Assembly: GCA_964016885.1 (NCBI GenBank)
Contig: OZ024752.1
Coordinates: 34,844,001-34,908,000, forward strand
Length of the DNA stretch: 64,000 bases
Direction: 5' to 3'
Source: Eledone cirrhosa
Taxonomy: Eukaryota
Positions within the stretch are counted from its first letter, which is position 1, and each line of letters opens with the position of its first letter. The position numbers were made by a program, and so were the translations under genes. The notes under the pieces are model-generated. The model had not been told where the DNA came from. It worked only from the letters and a program-made list of their open reading frames with translations, and ran no database searches. This document shows, one piece after another, positions 1-13,632 of this stretch.

Positions 1-470
1 GGGTGGAGGGTGCTGCGTGTGAGTGCGTGTGTATATGGTGGAGGATGGAGGATGGAGGGTGGAGGGTGGAGGGTGGAGGGTGGAGGGTGCTGCATATGAG
101 TGCGTGTGTATATGGTGGAGGATGGAGGATGGAGGGTGGAGGGTGGCGGGTGGAGGGTGCTGCGTGTGGTGAGTGTGGTGGAGGGTGGAGGGTAGAGGGT
201 ACTGCATATGAGTGCGTGTGTATATGGTGGAGGATGGAGGATGGAGGGTGGAGGGTGCTGCGTGTGAGTGTGGTGAAGGGTGTAGGGTGGAGGGTACTGC
301 ATATGAGTGCGTGTGTATATGGTGGAGGATGGAGGATGGAGGGTGGAGGGTGCTGCGTGTGAGTGTGGTGAAGGGTGGAGGGTGGAGGGTACTGCATATG
401 AGTGCGTGTGTATATGGTGGAGGATGGAGGATGGAGGGTGGAGGATGGAGGGTGGAGGGTGCTGCGTGTG
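1..470 (+). repeat. G-rich minisatellite (GGAGGGT/GGAGGAT 7-mers in a ~90-110 bp higher-order unit)
   Basis: Repeated ggagggt/ggaggat blocks alternate with catatgagtgcgtgtgtatatggt; ORFs here are repeat artefacts. Confidence 0.9.
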
Positions 471-897
471 CTTTTTTTTTTTTATGAAATGAAGAAAAAT
501 AAGTCATGTCGTATATAAGAGAGTTTTTCTGTTCCAACCTATCTTTCAAGATCTAAATATCAATTACAAAGTATACTTAACACAATATATGCTTCTTACC
601 AACACTTCAAAAACTCACTCAATGTGTCTAGGTTTGTTCACGATCGCATGATATTTTGTGGAAAGATATCATGTTACAAGCTGCAGCACGAGGCGGAGCT
701 TTTTTACAACAACAACAACAATAATAATAACAACAAACACACACAAACACAGAAAAGGAAAAGGAATTGGAATTGCTTCTTTTTTTTTTTTTTTCTTTTT
801 TTTTTTTTCTTTCTTTTTTTTTGACTTTGATTTTGATTTTGACTTCTCTACCTGACTGCAGTTCCGTTTCATTAAGCAGAGCGATAGAGATAGATAT

Positions 898-1067
898 GTT
901 TCTTTATTAGGGGCACAAAAGAAGGGGACAAATACAAAGGGGGAAGTTTACATACAATAAAAACGTGTAAAATGTTATCACAAATACAATTTAAAAAGTT
1001 AGTCGATTAGTTAGATAGATAGATAGATAGATAGATGGATAGATAGATAGATAGATGGATGGATGGA

Positions 1068-1163
<96 letters not shown>

Positions 1164-1600
1164 TGAGAGATAGAGATCGATAGATAGATAGAGAGAGAGA
1201 GAGGGGGGAGAAAAGAGATAGATAGATAGAAAGAGGAGTGAGAGATAGAGATCGATAGATAGAGAGAGAGGGGGGAGAAAAGAGATAGAGAGGAGTGAGA
1301 GAGAGAGAGATCTATAGATAGATAGATAGAGAGAGAGAGAGAGAAGGGAGAGATAGATAGAGAGATAGAGAGAGAGGGGAAGAAAAGAGATAGAGAGGAG
1401 TGAGAGAGAGAGATCTATAGATAGATAGATAGAGAGAGAGAGGGGAGAGATATATTTCTTTATTAGCCGCACATTAGGGGCACAAAAGAAGGGGACAAAT
1501 ACAAAGGGGGAAGTTTACATACAATAAAAACGTGTAAAATGTTATCACAAATGGAATTTAAAAAGTTAGTCGATTTTCCCCAATAGAGGGAGACAGTTTA
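898..1600 (-). mobile_element. Two 3'-end fragments of a non-LTR retrotransposon family separated by (AGAT)n/(GA)n
   Basis: tttattag...ggggcacaaaagaaggggacaaatacaaaggggg at ~903 and ~1460; same motif at 30745 and 30875; minus strand ends in AATAAA plus (CTAT)n tail. Confidence 0.55.
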
Positions 1601-1618
1601 TATGGGTAACACATGGGG

Positions 1619-1649
<31 letters not shown>

Positions 1650-1799
1650 GAGAGAGGGGGGGAGATAGATAGATAGATAGAGAGGGGAGCAAAAGCATGA
1701 TAAATCTTTGTGGTTTTACAAACAAATAAACAAAATATGTTTTTAACGAAGATCGTATATGACACGGTAAAAGGCTTCAAAATAAACCAACGCCGTCAC

Positions 1800-3080
1800 T
1801 ACCACCACCACTATACCAACCACCACCATCACCATCACTGCCACCGCCACCGCTACCACCACCACTATACCAACCACCACCATCACCATCACTGCCACCG
1901 CCACCGCCACCACCACCACTATACCAACCACCACCATCACCATCACTGCCACCGCCACCGCCACCACCACCACCACTATACCAACCACCACCATCACCAT
2001 CACTGCCACCGCCACCGCCACCACCACCACCACTACACCAACTACCACCACCACCATCACTGCCACCGCCACCGCTACCACCACCACCACTATACCAACC
2101 ACCACCACCACCATCACTGCCACCGCCACCGCCACCACCACCACTATACCAACCACCACCATCACCATCACTGCCACCGCCACCGCCACCACCACCACTA
2201 TACCAACCACCACCATCACCATCACTGCCACCGCCACCGCTACCACCACCACTATACCAACCACCACCATCACCATCACTGCCACCGCCACCGCCACCAC
2301 CACCACTATACCAACCACCACCATCACCATCACTGCCACCGCCACCGCCACCACCACCACTATACCAACCACCACCATCACCATCACTGCCACCGCCACC
2401 GCCACCACCACCACTATACCAACCACTACCATCACCATCACTGCCACCGCCACCGCCACCACCACCACTATACCAACCACCACCACCACCATCACTGCCA
2501 CCGCCACCGCCACCACCACCACTATACCAACCACCACCATCACCATCACTGCCACCGCCACCGCCACCACCACCACCACTATACCAACCACCACCATCAC
2601 CATCACTGCCACCGCCACCGCTACCACCACCACCACTATACCAACCACCACCATCACCATCACTGCCACCGCCACCGCTACCACCACCACCACTATACCA
2701 ACCACCACCATCACCATCACTGCCACCGCCACCGCCACCACCACCACTATACCAACCACCACCATCACCATCACTGCCACCGCCACCGCTACCACCACCA
2801 CTATACCAACCACCACCATCACCATCACTGCCACCGCTACCACCACCACTATACCAACCACCACCATCACCATCACCACCACACCACCATCACCACTACC
2901 ACCACCGCCACCGCCACCATCACCACCACACCACCTCCAGAACCATCACCATCACCACCACCACCATCACCCCCCCCCCCCACCACTGCCACCATCACCA
3001 CTACCATCACCACATCACCTCCAGAACCATCACCATCACCATCACCACTACCCCCCTCCCCCCACCACCACTACCACCAC
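1800..3080. repeat. CAC-rich ~54-57 bp minisatellite (~20 copies)
   Basis: Unit caccactataccaaccaccaccatcaccatcactgccaccgccaccgccac; TAT at 1866 and 1920 gives period 54. Confidence 0.9.
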
Positions 3081-3402
3081 CATGTTCCCAGTGGGGTTCC
3101 TTTTTCTAGTTTGTAATTAACACTGTTAGCTTGGTGATGACGAAACTTTTGCTCAGGTTAACAATAAGAATAACTTCGTTAAATTACCCAACAAAAGGAA
3201 TGAACTGTACGTCAGAAGAAGCTGATAAAGATTAAATATATACGTTTTTAACATGTCAAGGGGAAAGAGAGAAAGAAAGACACGTTTCATTACTCAATGA
3301 TGTGAAGTAATCAAATAGGCTAACAAACCAAAAATATATATTAAAGATCTAGAAGAAATCGACTGTGTTCAGACCCTGAAGAGTGGATAGGTTCCTCCTA
3401 GT

Positions 3403-5392
3403 TTAACACTTTAGCATTTAAACCAGCCATATCTGGCCAAAATTCTCTCACCTCTTTCTGTTTAAGCCAGCCATATCCGGCCAGAATTCTCTCACCTCTT
3501 TCTGTTTAAGCCAGCCATATCCGGCCAGAATTCTCTCACCTCTTTCTGTTTAAACCACCCATATCCGACCAGAATTCTCTCACCTCTTTCTGTTTAAACC
3601 AGCCATATCCGGCCAGAATTCTCTCATCTCTTTCTGTTTAAACCAGCCATATCCGGCCAGAATTCTCTCATCTCTTTCTGTTTAAACCAGCCATATCCGG
3701 CCAGAATTCTCTCACCTCTTTCTGTTCAAACCAGCCATATCCGGCCAGAATTCTCTCACCTCTTTCTGTTTAAACCAGCCATATCCGGCCAGAATTCTCT
3801 CATCTCTTTCTGTTTAAACCAGCCATATCCGGCCAGAATTCTCTCATCTCTTTCTGTTTAAACCAGCCATATCCGGCCAGAATTCTCTCATCTCTTTCTG
3901 TTTAAACCAGCCATATCCGGCCAGAATTCTCTCACCTCTTTCTGTTCAAACCAGCCATATCCGGCCAGAATTCTCTCACCTCTTTCTGTTTAAACCAGCC
4001 ATATTCGGCCAGAATTCTCTCACCTCTTTCTGTTTAAACCACCCATATCCGGCCAGAATTCTCTCACCTCTTTCTGTTTAAACCAGCCATATCCGGCCAG
4101 AATTCTCTCATCTCTTTCTGTTTAAACCAGCCATATCCGGCCAGAATTCTCTCACCTCTTTCTGTTCAAACCAGCCATATCCGGCCAGAATTCTCTCACC
4201 TCTTTCTGTTTAAACCAGCCATATCCGGCCAGAATTCTCTCACCTCTTTCTGTTTAAACCAGCCATATCCGGCCAGAATTCTCTCATCTCTTTCTGTTTA
4301 AACCAGCCATATCCGGCCAGAATTCTCTCACCTCTTTCTGTTTAAACCAGCCATATCCGGCCAGAATTCTCTCACCTCTTTCTGTTTAAACCAGCCATAT
4401 CCGGCCAGAATTCTCTCATCTCTTTCTGTTTAAACCAGCCATATCCGGCCAGAATTCTCTCACCTCTTTCTGTTTAAACCAGCCATATCCGGCCAGAATT
4501 CTCTCACCTCTTTCTGTTTAAACCAGCCATATCCGGCCAGAATTCTCTCACCTCTTTCTGTTCAAACCAGCCATATCTGGCCAGAATTCTCTCACCTCTT
4601 TCTGTTTAAACCAGCCATATCCGGCCAGAATTCTCTCACCTTTTTCTGTTTAAACCAGCCATATCCGGCCAGAATTCTCTCACCTCTTTCTGTTTAAACC
4701 AGCCATATCCGGCCAGAATTCTCTCACCTCTTTCTGTTTAAACCAGCCATATCCGGCCAGAATTCTCTCACCTCTTTCTGTTTAAACCACCCATATCCGG
4801 CCAGAATTCTCTCACCTCTTTCTGTTCAAACCAGCCATATCCGGCCAGAATTCTCTCACCTTTTTCTGTTTAAACCACCCATATCCGGCCAGAATTCTCT
4901 CACCTCTTTCTGTTTAAACCACCCATATCCGGCCAGAATTCTCTCACCTCTTTCTGTTCAAACCAGCCATATCCGGCCAGAATTCTCTCACCTTTTTCTG
5001 TTTAAACCACCCATATCCGGCCAGAATTCTCTCACCTCTTTCTGTTTAAACCAGCCATATCCGGCCAGAATTCTCTCACCTCTTTCTATTTAAACCAGCC
5101 ATATCCGGCCAGAATTCTCTCACCTCTTTCTGTTTAAGCCAGCCAAATCCGGCCAGAATTCTCTCACTTCTTTCTGTTCAAACCAGCCATATCCGGCCAG
5201 AATGCTCTCACCTCTTTCTGTTCAAACCAGCCATATCCGGCCAGAATGCTCTCACTTCTTTCTGTTCAAACAGGCTGTAACCAGCTGAAATAATATCAAA
5301 ATCTCGTAGATTCGATTATAATAATGTGAGATAACGCCTCTACCACAAAATACAATAGTATATATAGAGTAATGTAAATGCTAAAGGGTCAA
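3403..5392 (+). mobile_element. piggyBac-like MITE expanded by an internal minisatellite
   Basis: TIRs ttaa-cactttagcattta ... taaatgctaaaggg-tcaa; unexpanded relatives at 29366-29594 and 57455-57851. Confidence 0.8.
3418..5270 (+). repeat. 44-bp minisatellite, ~42 copies
   Basis: Unit tttaaaccagccatatccggccagaattctctcacctctttctg; starts at 3681 and 3725. Confidence 0.95.
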
Positions 5393-6011
5393 AGTGACCA
5401 AGACACGATTTATGGCACTCCTGTGTATATGTCCCCTCCACCAGGAGTTACGAGCACCCATACATATTTATATAAACAAGTTTAATAACCTTTCAATGTG
5501 TTCCTGAACCCTTGCAGCCCAAATCAGCTTTTAATTAAAATATATTGACATCATTGTACCATTTAAAATGTCCACGTGGTGGTAGTGGTGGTGGTTGTGG
5601 TGTTGGTGGTGGTGGTGAGGAGATTAAACTAAGCATTTTTTTTCCTTCAGACTTAGTAAAAAAGAGAGCAAGAATTAATTAAAGAAAGAAAGAAAGAACT
5701 CTTAATTCCTGATGGTGTCGTAGAGGCGCCGTCCTAACTCATAGCATGTCTTGACAAATTTTAAACTTGATGGACCCCATCTCTCTCCTTCTCTCTGAAC
5801 AGAGCTAATTTCTTCCAAAGAAAAAGAGGGAACGAGAGAAAGGGATAGAGAATCGATCTCAGAGCTGAACTAGTCCCTCATTTATCGACTTCGAAAGAAT
5901 GAAAAACAAAGTTTTGGGGTTTTCTTCGTAGGATTTGAATTCAGTTCAGAGTGCAGTAAGGCAAGCACGCCCTTAACGATGTTAACAATTTGTCGCATTC
6001 AGGCATTATTA

Positions 6012-6400
6012 TGGTGGTGGATTGTCAGTATCGGTAGAGGGTAGGACGCCATGCTTTGCAGTATTGAGTTACGGCCCTTTACGATCTGAGTTCAAATCCC
6101 GCCGAGGTTAACTTTGCCTTTCATCCTTACAGGGGTCGATAAAATAAAGTACCAGTAATGCAATGGGGTAATCGCTGGACTTGTGCCATAAATAGAAACA
6201 ATTATTATTGGTGGATTGGCAGTATCGGTAGAGGGTCGGACGCTATGCTTTGACGCATAGAGTTACGGCCCTTGCCATTCTGAGTTCGAATCCCGCCGAG
6301 ATTAACTTTGCCCTTCATCCTTACGGGGTCGATAAAATAAAGTACCAGTAATGCCCTGTGGTAATTGCTGGACTTGTGCCAAAAATAGAAACAATTGTTA
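6012..6400 (+). mobile_element. Two tandem tRNA-derived SINEs (Nin/Deu-like core)
   Basis: A box tggcagtatcgg, B box gagttcaaatccc, core gcctttcatcc..gggtcgataaaataaagtaccag. Confidence 0.85.
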
Positions 6401-6401
6401 T

Positions 6402-6533
6402 GGTATGGCGTGGTCTTATAACTCCCAAGGGCGCCATAGGGGCGCCACATTGACATAGGGTGTTTCTAGAATACTTTTTAAAAATCCGGCTGAACCCATC
6501 TCCTCTCCAGGTCTGAATACAGCAGATTTCTCC

Positions 6534-6598
<65 letters not shown>

Positions 6599-6601
6599 CG
6601 A

Positions 6602-6654
<53 letters not shown>

Positions 6655-6725
6655 GAAATGAGAAGAGATATAAAGGAAGAATCGAATCGAACCTCGTACA
6701 TGACTGGTACCTTTTTTTTATCAAG
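6402..6725 (-). mobile_element. Long-tailed SINE subfamily 3' portion (also ~5705-5960, 14620-14825, 19710-19915, 45690-46230, 51910-52230, 63735-63870)
   Basis: Shared motif ctctccaggtctgaatacagcagatttcttccagag joined to the SINE core (contiguous at 57255-57450). Confidence 0.65.
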
Positions 6726-6893
6726 TACTATTCAGAATCCTTTTCCAAGGCTAAAGCTAGATTATTTGTAAAGCTTCCTTTGATGTTCTTTACGTCATTA
6801 TAATTAATTAATCCTTAATGACATTCTATAAGATTAATAACATTTTAGATTCGTTAAAATGTCAACTGAACATGTGTCTTTGCAACAAGTTCC

Positions 6894-6931
6894 TATATAT
6901 ATATATTATATATATATATATATTATATATA

Positions 6932-7008
<77 letters not shown>

Positions 7009-7042
7009 ATATATTATATATATATATATTATATATATATAT

Positions 7043-7074
<32 letters not shown>

Positions 7075-7105
7075 ATATATTATATATATATATATATTAT
7101 ATATA

Positions 7106-7184
<79 letters not shown>

Positions 7185-7257
7185 ATATAATATATATATA
7201 AAATATATATATATATAATATATATATATATAATATATATATATAAATATATAATAT

Positions 7258-7332
<75 letters not shown>

Positions 7333-7879
7333 TATATATATATAATATATATATATAATATATATATATATATATTATATATATTATATATATATATATT
7401 ATATATATATATTATATATATATTATATATATATATATTATATATATTATATATATTATATATATATATATTATATATATATATATATATTATATATATA
7501 TATTATATATATATATATATATTATATATATATATATTATATATATATATATATTATATATATATATATTATATATATATATATATATTATATATATATA
7601 TATTATATATATATATATATTATATATGAATATATATATATTATATATATATATATATATTATATATATATATCATATATATTATATATATATATATATT
7701 ATATATATATATATTATATATATATATATTATATATATATATTATATATAAATATTAAATATATATATTTATATATATATATATATTATATATATATATT
7801 ATATATATATATATATTATATATATATATTATATATATATATTATATATATATATATTATATATATATATTATATATAT

Positions 7880-7920
<41 letters not shown>

Positions 7921-7960
7921 TATATATATATTATATATATTATATATTATATATTATATA

Positions 7961-7999
<39 letters not shown>

Positions 8000-8034
8000 T
8001 ATATATATATATATTATATATATATATTATATAT
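6894..8034. repeat. (TA)n microsatellite (further long tracts ~12100-13626, 14073-14412, 17540-18663, 19110-19498, 20660-21375)
   Basis: Direct observation. Confidence 0.97.
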
Positions 8035-8718
8035 CGTCGCATTTGTTGGTATAACACACCATATAATAAGGAGGTGGCCACACCATTAGCTAAGATCTTT
8101 CTTTCCCTTATTACGAAGCATTTTCCCCCTACACATAAATATAGTAAAATTTTTAATAGAAATACTATTAAAATTTCTTACTCTACGACTCCTAACCTTG
8201 CACATAACATCACAGCTTCAAATTTAGCTAAACTACCTAGCCGTAGGAACACGTGCAACCCTGTAGTTAGTACTAACTGTAATTGTAGGAATCGGGTTGA
8301 TTGCCCCCTATCCGGGAAATGCCTCTCTAGTAACATTGTCTACAAATGTAAGGTTGTAACACCCACGTCCCGTAGGGCCTACATAGGGTTAACCGCCAAT
8401 AGATTCAAGCAGCGTCTTTACATGCATACCCATTCTTTTCGTTACCCTCTAAGAAGGAATATGACGTCACTTTCAGCTTATATCTGGAGTCTAAAAGATA
8501 ACCATACCTAATATAAGTTACACTAGGAGATCCTAGCTAGGGCTAGATCGTATAACGGAAATAAAATACCATGTGACCTATGCGCCGCTGAGGCCCTGGA
8601 AATACTCTACGCCACAGACCACATCTTAAACAAATAATCTGAGGCAATTTCGGCTTGTAAACATAAATTGCACAAAACTTTCCTGTATTACAGCCCCACG
8701 TTATACCCTAACGGATAG
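8035..8718 (+). pseudogene. 5'-truncated Penelope-like element ORF: RT C-terminus, Cys-rich linker, GIY-YIG endonuclease
   Basis: RRICWYNTPYNKEV..KHFP..KIFNRNTIKISYS..CNCRNRVDCPLSGKC..IVYKC..YIGLTANRFKQRLYMH..CDLCAAEALEILY; in-frame stops at 8509, ~8524, ~8635; abuts (TA)n. Confidence 0.9.
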
Positions 8719-9309
8719 TACGATCTATACGTGGATATTTTACGTCTTGATGTGGTACTTAAGTATATGTTTTGTTTATACCATTACTTATTTGCATAGG
8801 TAAGTATATATTACCTGTATGTTTTGTGAAGGTACGTATACCTTCTCGTACGTATATTTGATTGTATATGTTATGGCGTATAATTTTATATTTTCTGGTA
8901 CATATGGTTTGGTTATGTGTATGCGGGTGTTTTGCGTCTGTGTGAGTATGCAGGTTCGTACGTATGTAGGGTGTGTGTATATGTGTACTTCATGTTTTGG
9001 TTGACTTACGTCTCCGAATATTTGTATATTTACATGTAGGTATGTGTGTGCGCTTGTTATATACGTATTTATTTATTTATATACGTTTATTTAATTATTT
9101 ATTTATTTGTATACACGCATACACACACACACATATTTATATGTGCGTGGTTTTGTATACCTATGGTAAGTGTTTTCGCGTATGCTTGTGTATGTACGTA
9201 TTTGTATGCGTGTATGTATTTATTTAATTTCTATTACCTCTGTATTGTATTTATTTACTTTGTTCTTAACTCTGAAGCGGAGATTCATTCGGTCTCCTAG
9301 TTAGAATTT

Positions 9310-9580
9310 TAGTCTACGACTTCTGCTATACCATTTACGTGGTTTTGTCTTTGCGTGCAATTGTTCTCCACGCTCCACATATGACGTATTATCTTCGTTT
9401 TTTTCGTTCTTTGCCAGAGAACGTCTCTATGAACCACCTAAGAGAACATTAGTCTACGACCTCTTTTATACCATAAACGTGGTTCTGTCTTTGCGCGTAA
9501 TTGTTTTTCACCGCTCCTATTAATGACGTATTATATTCGTTTTTTCCCGTTCTTTGCCAGGGAACGTTTCCACGAACCAA
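9310..9580 (+). repeat. ~140-bp diverged direct repeat in PLE 3' region (pLTR-like)
   Basis: tagtctacgac..ataccat..acgtggtt at 9310 and 9450. Confidence 0.7.
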
Positions 9581-9657
9581 AGTATCGTCTTCCTGTCTTC
9601 CTCCGGTTGCAACGTGTTTTGAAATATCCACTTCTGCGTTTACAGATTGACTTTGTT

Positions 9658-9713
9658 AGTTTCAGAAGATCCCGTTCCGTTAAGGGTGAAAGCAGCGATT
9701 CTTTGCTTAAACT
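9658..9713 (+). ncRNA. Hammerhead-like ribozyme with variant core CAGAAGA
   Basis: agttt-CAGAAGA-stem II-GAAA-gca..tgc-TT-aaact; same variant at 15401-15451(-), 20461-20510(-), ~35697-35742(-). Confidence 0.6.
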
Positions 9714-10037
9714 TTAATCTGTTATTTTAATAAATATTATATATATATATATATTATATATATATATATTATATATTATATATGTATCTGTATGTTTCTC
9801 TATATATTATTATATATATATTTATATTTCGTTTCTGATTTTGTTTAGCAAGATTCTTTATCTGAAATCGTGTGTTGAAACCGATATTGTTATACTTTGG
9901 GAGGGTCATGTTGCCAATAAGAAACACACGCACCAGTTGCTTTCACTTCAATTTATTATAATAAATTTATAAATTTAGGAATTTATAAATTTCCGGTTGG
10001 TTGGTTGGTTCCACAACCAGATGATTGTTTATATATT

Positions 10038-10080
10038 GTCAAAGTTCTTTCGTCACACATTCTGTGACCTCTTCAGTGAC
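10038..10080 (-). ncRNA. Type I hammerhead in the 3' pLTR of the minus-strand PLE
   Basis: Revcomp gtca-CTGAAGA-ggtcacagaatgtgtgac-GAAA-gaac-TT-tgac. Confidence 0.7.
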
Positions 10081-10281
10081 TGGGGATTCTTTTCTTTGTT
10101 TTTGTGCCTCTTCTTTGTTCTGTCTTACGCCATCTTGTTTTTGTGTGTGTGTTGTGTGCTTAGTTTGCGCATGTGTTACATCCGGGTGTCTGTGTGTTTA
10201 TATTCGTTTACTTATTTGTTTATTTACGTGTTACTGGTTGGTTGTTTGTTCTATGTGCGTGTGTGTGTTTTCATTTTGTCC

Positions 10282-11207
10282 TTAATTGTAAGTTGTGATG
10301 TTGCTGTTCCACTCATGTTTTCTATTTAATTTTGGTTGGAGTTCATTTATGTTTATTGCCTCTGTGATTTGTCTAAACATTGCGTCTTTTCTGTGTGTAG
10401 ATTCTATTTTTATTTCTATGTTCTCTAATTTACCCTTATGTTCTATTTTAGCATGTTGGTAGAGTACAGATGATTCTTTACTATCTTGAAGGTCTCGCCA
10501 GTGTTCATTTATCCGTTCCCCTATACTACGAGCTGTCTCACTTATGTACACTATATTTTTATCTCTACATTGTCCTTCAGTACATCCTTATGCTATATAC
10601 TACATTTCTAGTTTTACAGTTAATATGGGGGCTTAATTTACAGATTATACATTTCTTATCTATACAGGGAGGTCTTTGAAAAGGGTATGTATTGCTAATA
10701 AGTGTTTTTATGGAGGTACCTGGTCTTTCTACTCTCTTAATATTGAGTTTATGTTTATCTAGGGCCCTTCTAAATTTGTAAGCTAATTCACCTCTAGGGG
10801 TTGTAACGATGAACATCCATTTTTTCCCATTTGGTTCTGGCTCCTCTATATACTCTGATTTTATCTCTCTGATTGTAACCAGAGAGCTGCATACGGTGGA
10901 TGAAGTGTTGTATGCGTCTCTCTAGTTCTTTGGGGTTGCACATGCGGGACACGTTTTCTCATCACTCGTACCAAATCCGCAATCATTATGTTGATTTTGG
11001 TATGGTCCGAAGCAGCTGAGTTTCGGTGGATCAGGTATTTGGAAGTCATGTGTTTTGGCATAATGGGAATGGAGGATGTGTTTTTTGTTATTAATGGTAT
11101 CTAACCAGAGCTCTGTGTCTAGTACAGGTAATCGATGGTTGGGGTGTTTGCTTGGGTAGTCTATAGTAACTCTAATACTCTGGTGGATGGAGTTAGCTAT
11201 TTGCTGG
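10282..11207 (-). pseudogene. Frameshifted Penelope-like element: RT C-terminal part plus GIY-YIG endonuclease
   Basis: VTIDYPSKHPNHRLPVLD; PCIDKKCIICK..NCKTRNVVYSI; YISETARSIGERINEH..RQITEAININELQPKLNRKHEW across several frames. Confidence 0.88.
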
Positions 11208-11209
11208 AT

Positions 11210-11856
11210 ACTTACCTTATGCATATTAACGACTGAGTAGCCCAATTTGCATATCGAGTGGGTTAATCGGCCGGGTGCACCGAAAACGATAAACGGAAAA
11301 AATGAAACGAAATTTCATTTCCCACTCTTAGTACGGCTGTTACTTAAATATAAGTATGTACACGTATATACATATATGTATACAGACGTACAGTAGTATG
11401 TATATATATATACATACATGCACACATATATATATATGTACGTATGGATTCACCGAACATTTATTATAATGCTCGACACACCGAGCATTATAATAAATGT
11501 TCGGTGAATCCATACGTACATATATATATGTGTGCATGTATGTATATATATATACATACTACTGTACGTCTGTAAACATATATGTATATACGTGTACATA
11601 CTTATATTTAAGTAACAGCCGTACTAAGAGTGGGAAATGAAATTTCGTTTCATTTTTTCCGTTTATCGTTTTCGGTGCACCCGGCCGATTAACCCACTCG
11701 ATATGCAAATTGGGCTACTCGGCCGTTAATATACATAAGGTAAGTGTATACGTTCAACAATCTGGCAGGAAGGTATAACGTTGCTGACGATAGCTAATAA
11801 GCTTGAAACTAGTACGGCGTTCCTTTCTCAGTGTTGAACAAACGAGCAACGATGGT
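11210..11856. mobile_element. Fold-back pLTR element (arms ~11210-11475 / 11482-11745, 6-nt spacer) with hammerhead in the unpaired tail
   Basis: ~265-bp near-perfect inverted repeat centred on atgctcg-acacac-cgagcat; same family in tandem at 33970-34930. Confidence 0.9.
11777..11821 (+). ncRNA. Minimal type I hammerhead ribozyme
   Basis: aacgttg-CTGACGA-tagctaataagctt-GAAA-ctag-TA-cggcgtt; palindromic stem III; copy at 17216-17258. Confidence 0.88.
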
Positions 11857-11857
11857 T

Positions 11858-11903
<46 letters not shown>

Positions 11904-11912
11904 TATATTGGC

Positions 11913-12204
<292 letters not shown>

Positions 12205-12669
12205 AATATTATATATATATATAATTATATATAATATATAAATATTATATATATATATATATATATTATATTATAATATAATATATATAATATATATATA
12301 TATATATAATATTATATTATATATATTATATATATATATAATATATATTATATATATATATTATATATATATTATATATTATATATTATATATAATAATT
12401 ATATATATATATATATATTATATTATATATATATATATTATATTATATATATATTATATTATATTATATATATTATATTATATTATATAATATATTATAA
12501 TATATATATAATATTATTATATATATTATATTATATATATATATTATATATATATATATATATTATTATATATATTATATTATATTATATATATTATATA
12601 TATATATATATTATTATATATATTATATTATATATATATTATTATATATATATATATTATTATATATAT

Positions 12670-12740
<71 letters not shown>

Positions 12741-12903
12741 TATTATATATATATATATATATAATATTATATATATTATATATATTATATTATATTATAT
12801 TATATTATATATATATATATATAATATATATATATATATATTATTATATATATATATATTATATATATATATATTATTATATATATATATTATTATATAT
12901 ATA

Positions 12904-12972
<69 letters not shown>

Positions 12973-13022
12973 ATATTATTTATATATATATTATTATATA
13001 TATATATATATATAAATAATAA

Positions 13023-13064
<42 letters not shown>

Positions 13065-13146
13065 TATAATATATATATAATATATATATATATAATATAT
13101 ATATAATATATATATATATATAATATATATATAATATATATATATA

Positions 13147-13190
<44 letters not shown>

Positions 13191-13334
13191 ATATATGTAA
13201 TATATATTTATATAATATATATATATGTAATATATATTATATAATATATATATAATATATATATAATATATATATATATATTATATATATATAATATATA
13301 TATATATAATATATATATATATTATATATATATA

Positions 13335-13377
<43 letters not shown>

Positions 13378-13452
13378 ATATATAATATATAATTATATAT
13401 AATATATAATATATATATATATATATTATATATATATATATATTATATATAT

Positions 13453-13503
<51 letters not shown>

Positions 13504-13537
13504 ATATATATAATATATATATATATATAATATATAT

Positions 13538-13626
<89 letters not shown>

Positions 13627-13632
<6 letters not shown>

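Noticed and set aside
1710-3116. 468-aa His-rich ORF
   Set aside because: Generated by a 54-bp CAC-rich minisatellite; also open on the opposite strand; no splice or homology support
3418-5270. CRISPR-like regular array
   Set aside because: No unique spacers; pure tandem repeat in eukaryotic DNA
6012-6110. tRNA gene
   Set aside because: A/B boxes belong to SINE heads with extended spacing and a SINE body; no cloverleaf
6818-7218. IY-repeat ORFs (and all similar YI/CV/RE/SL ORFs)
   Set aside because: Translations of (TA)n, (TG)n and (GA)n microsatellites
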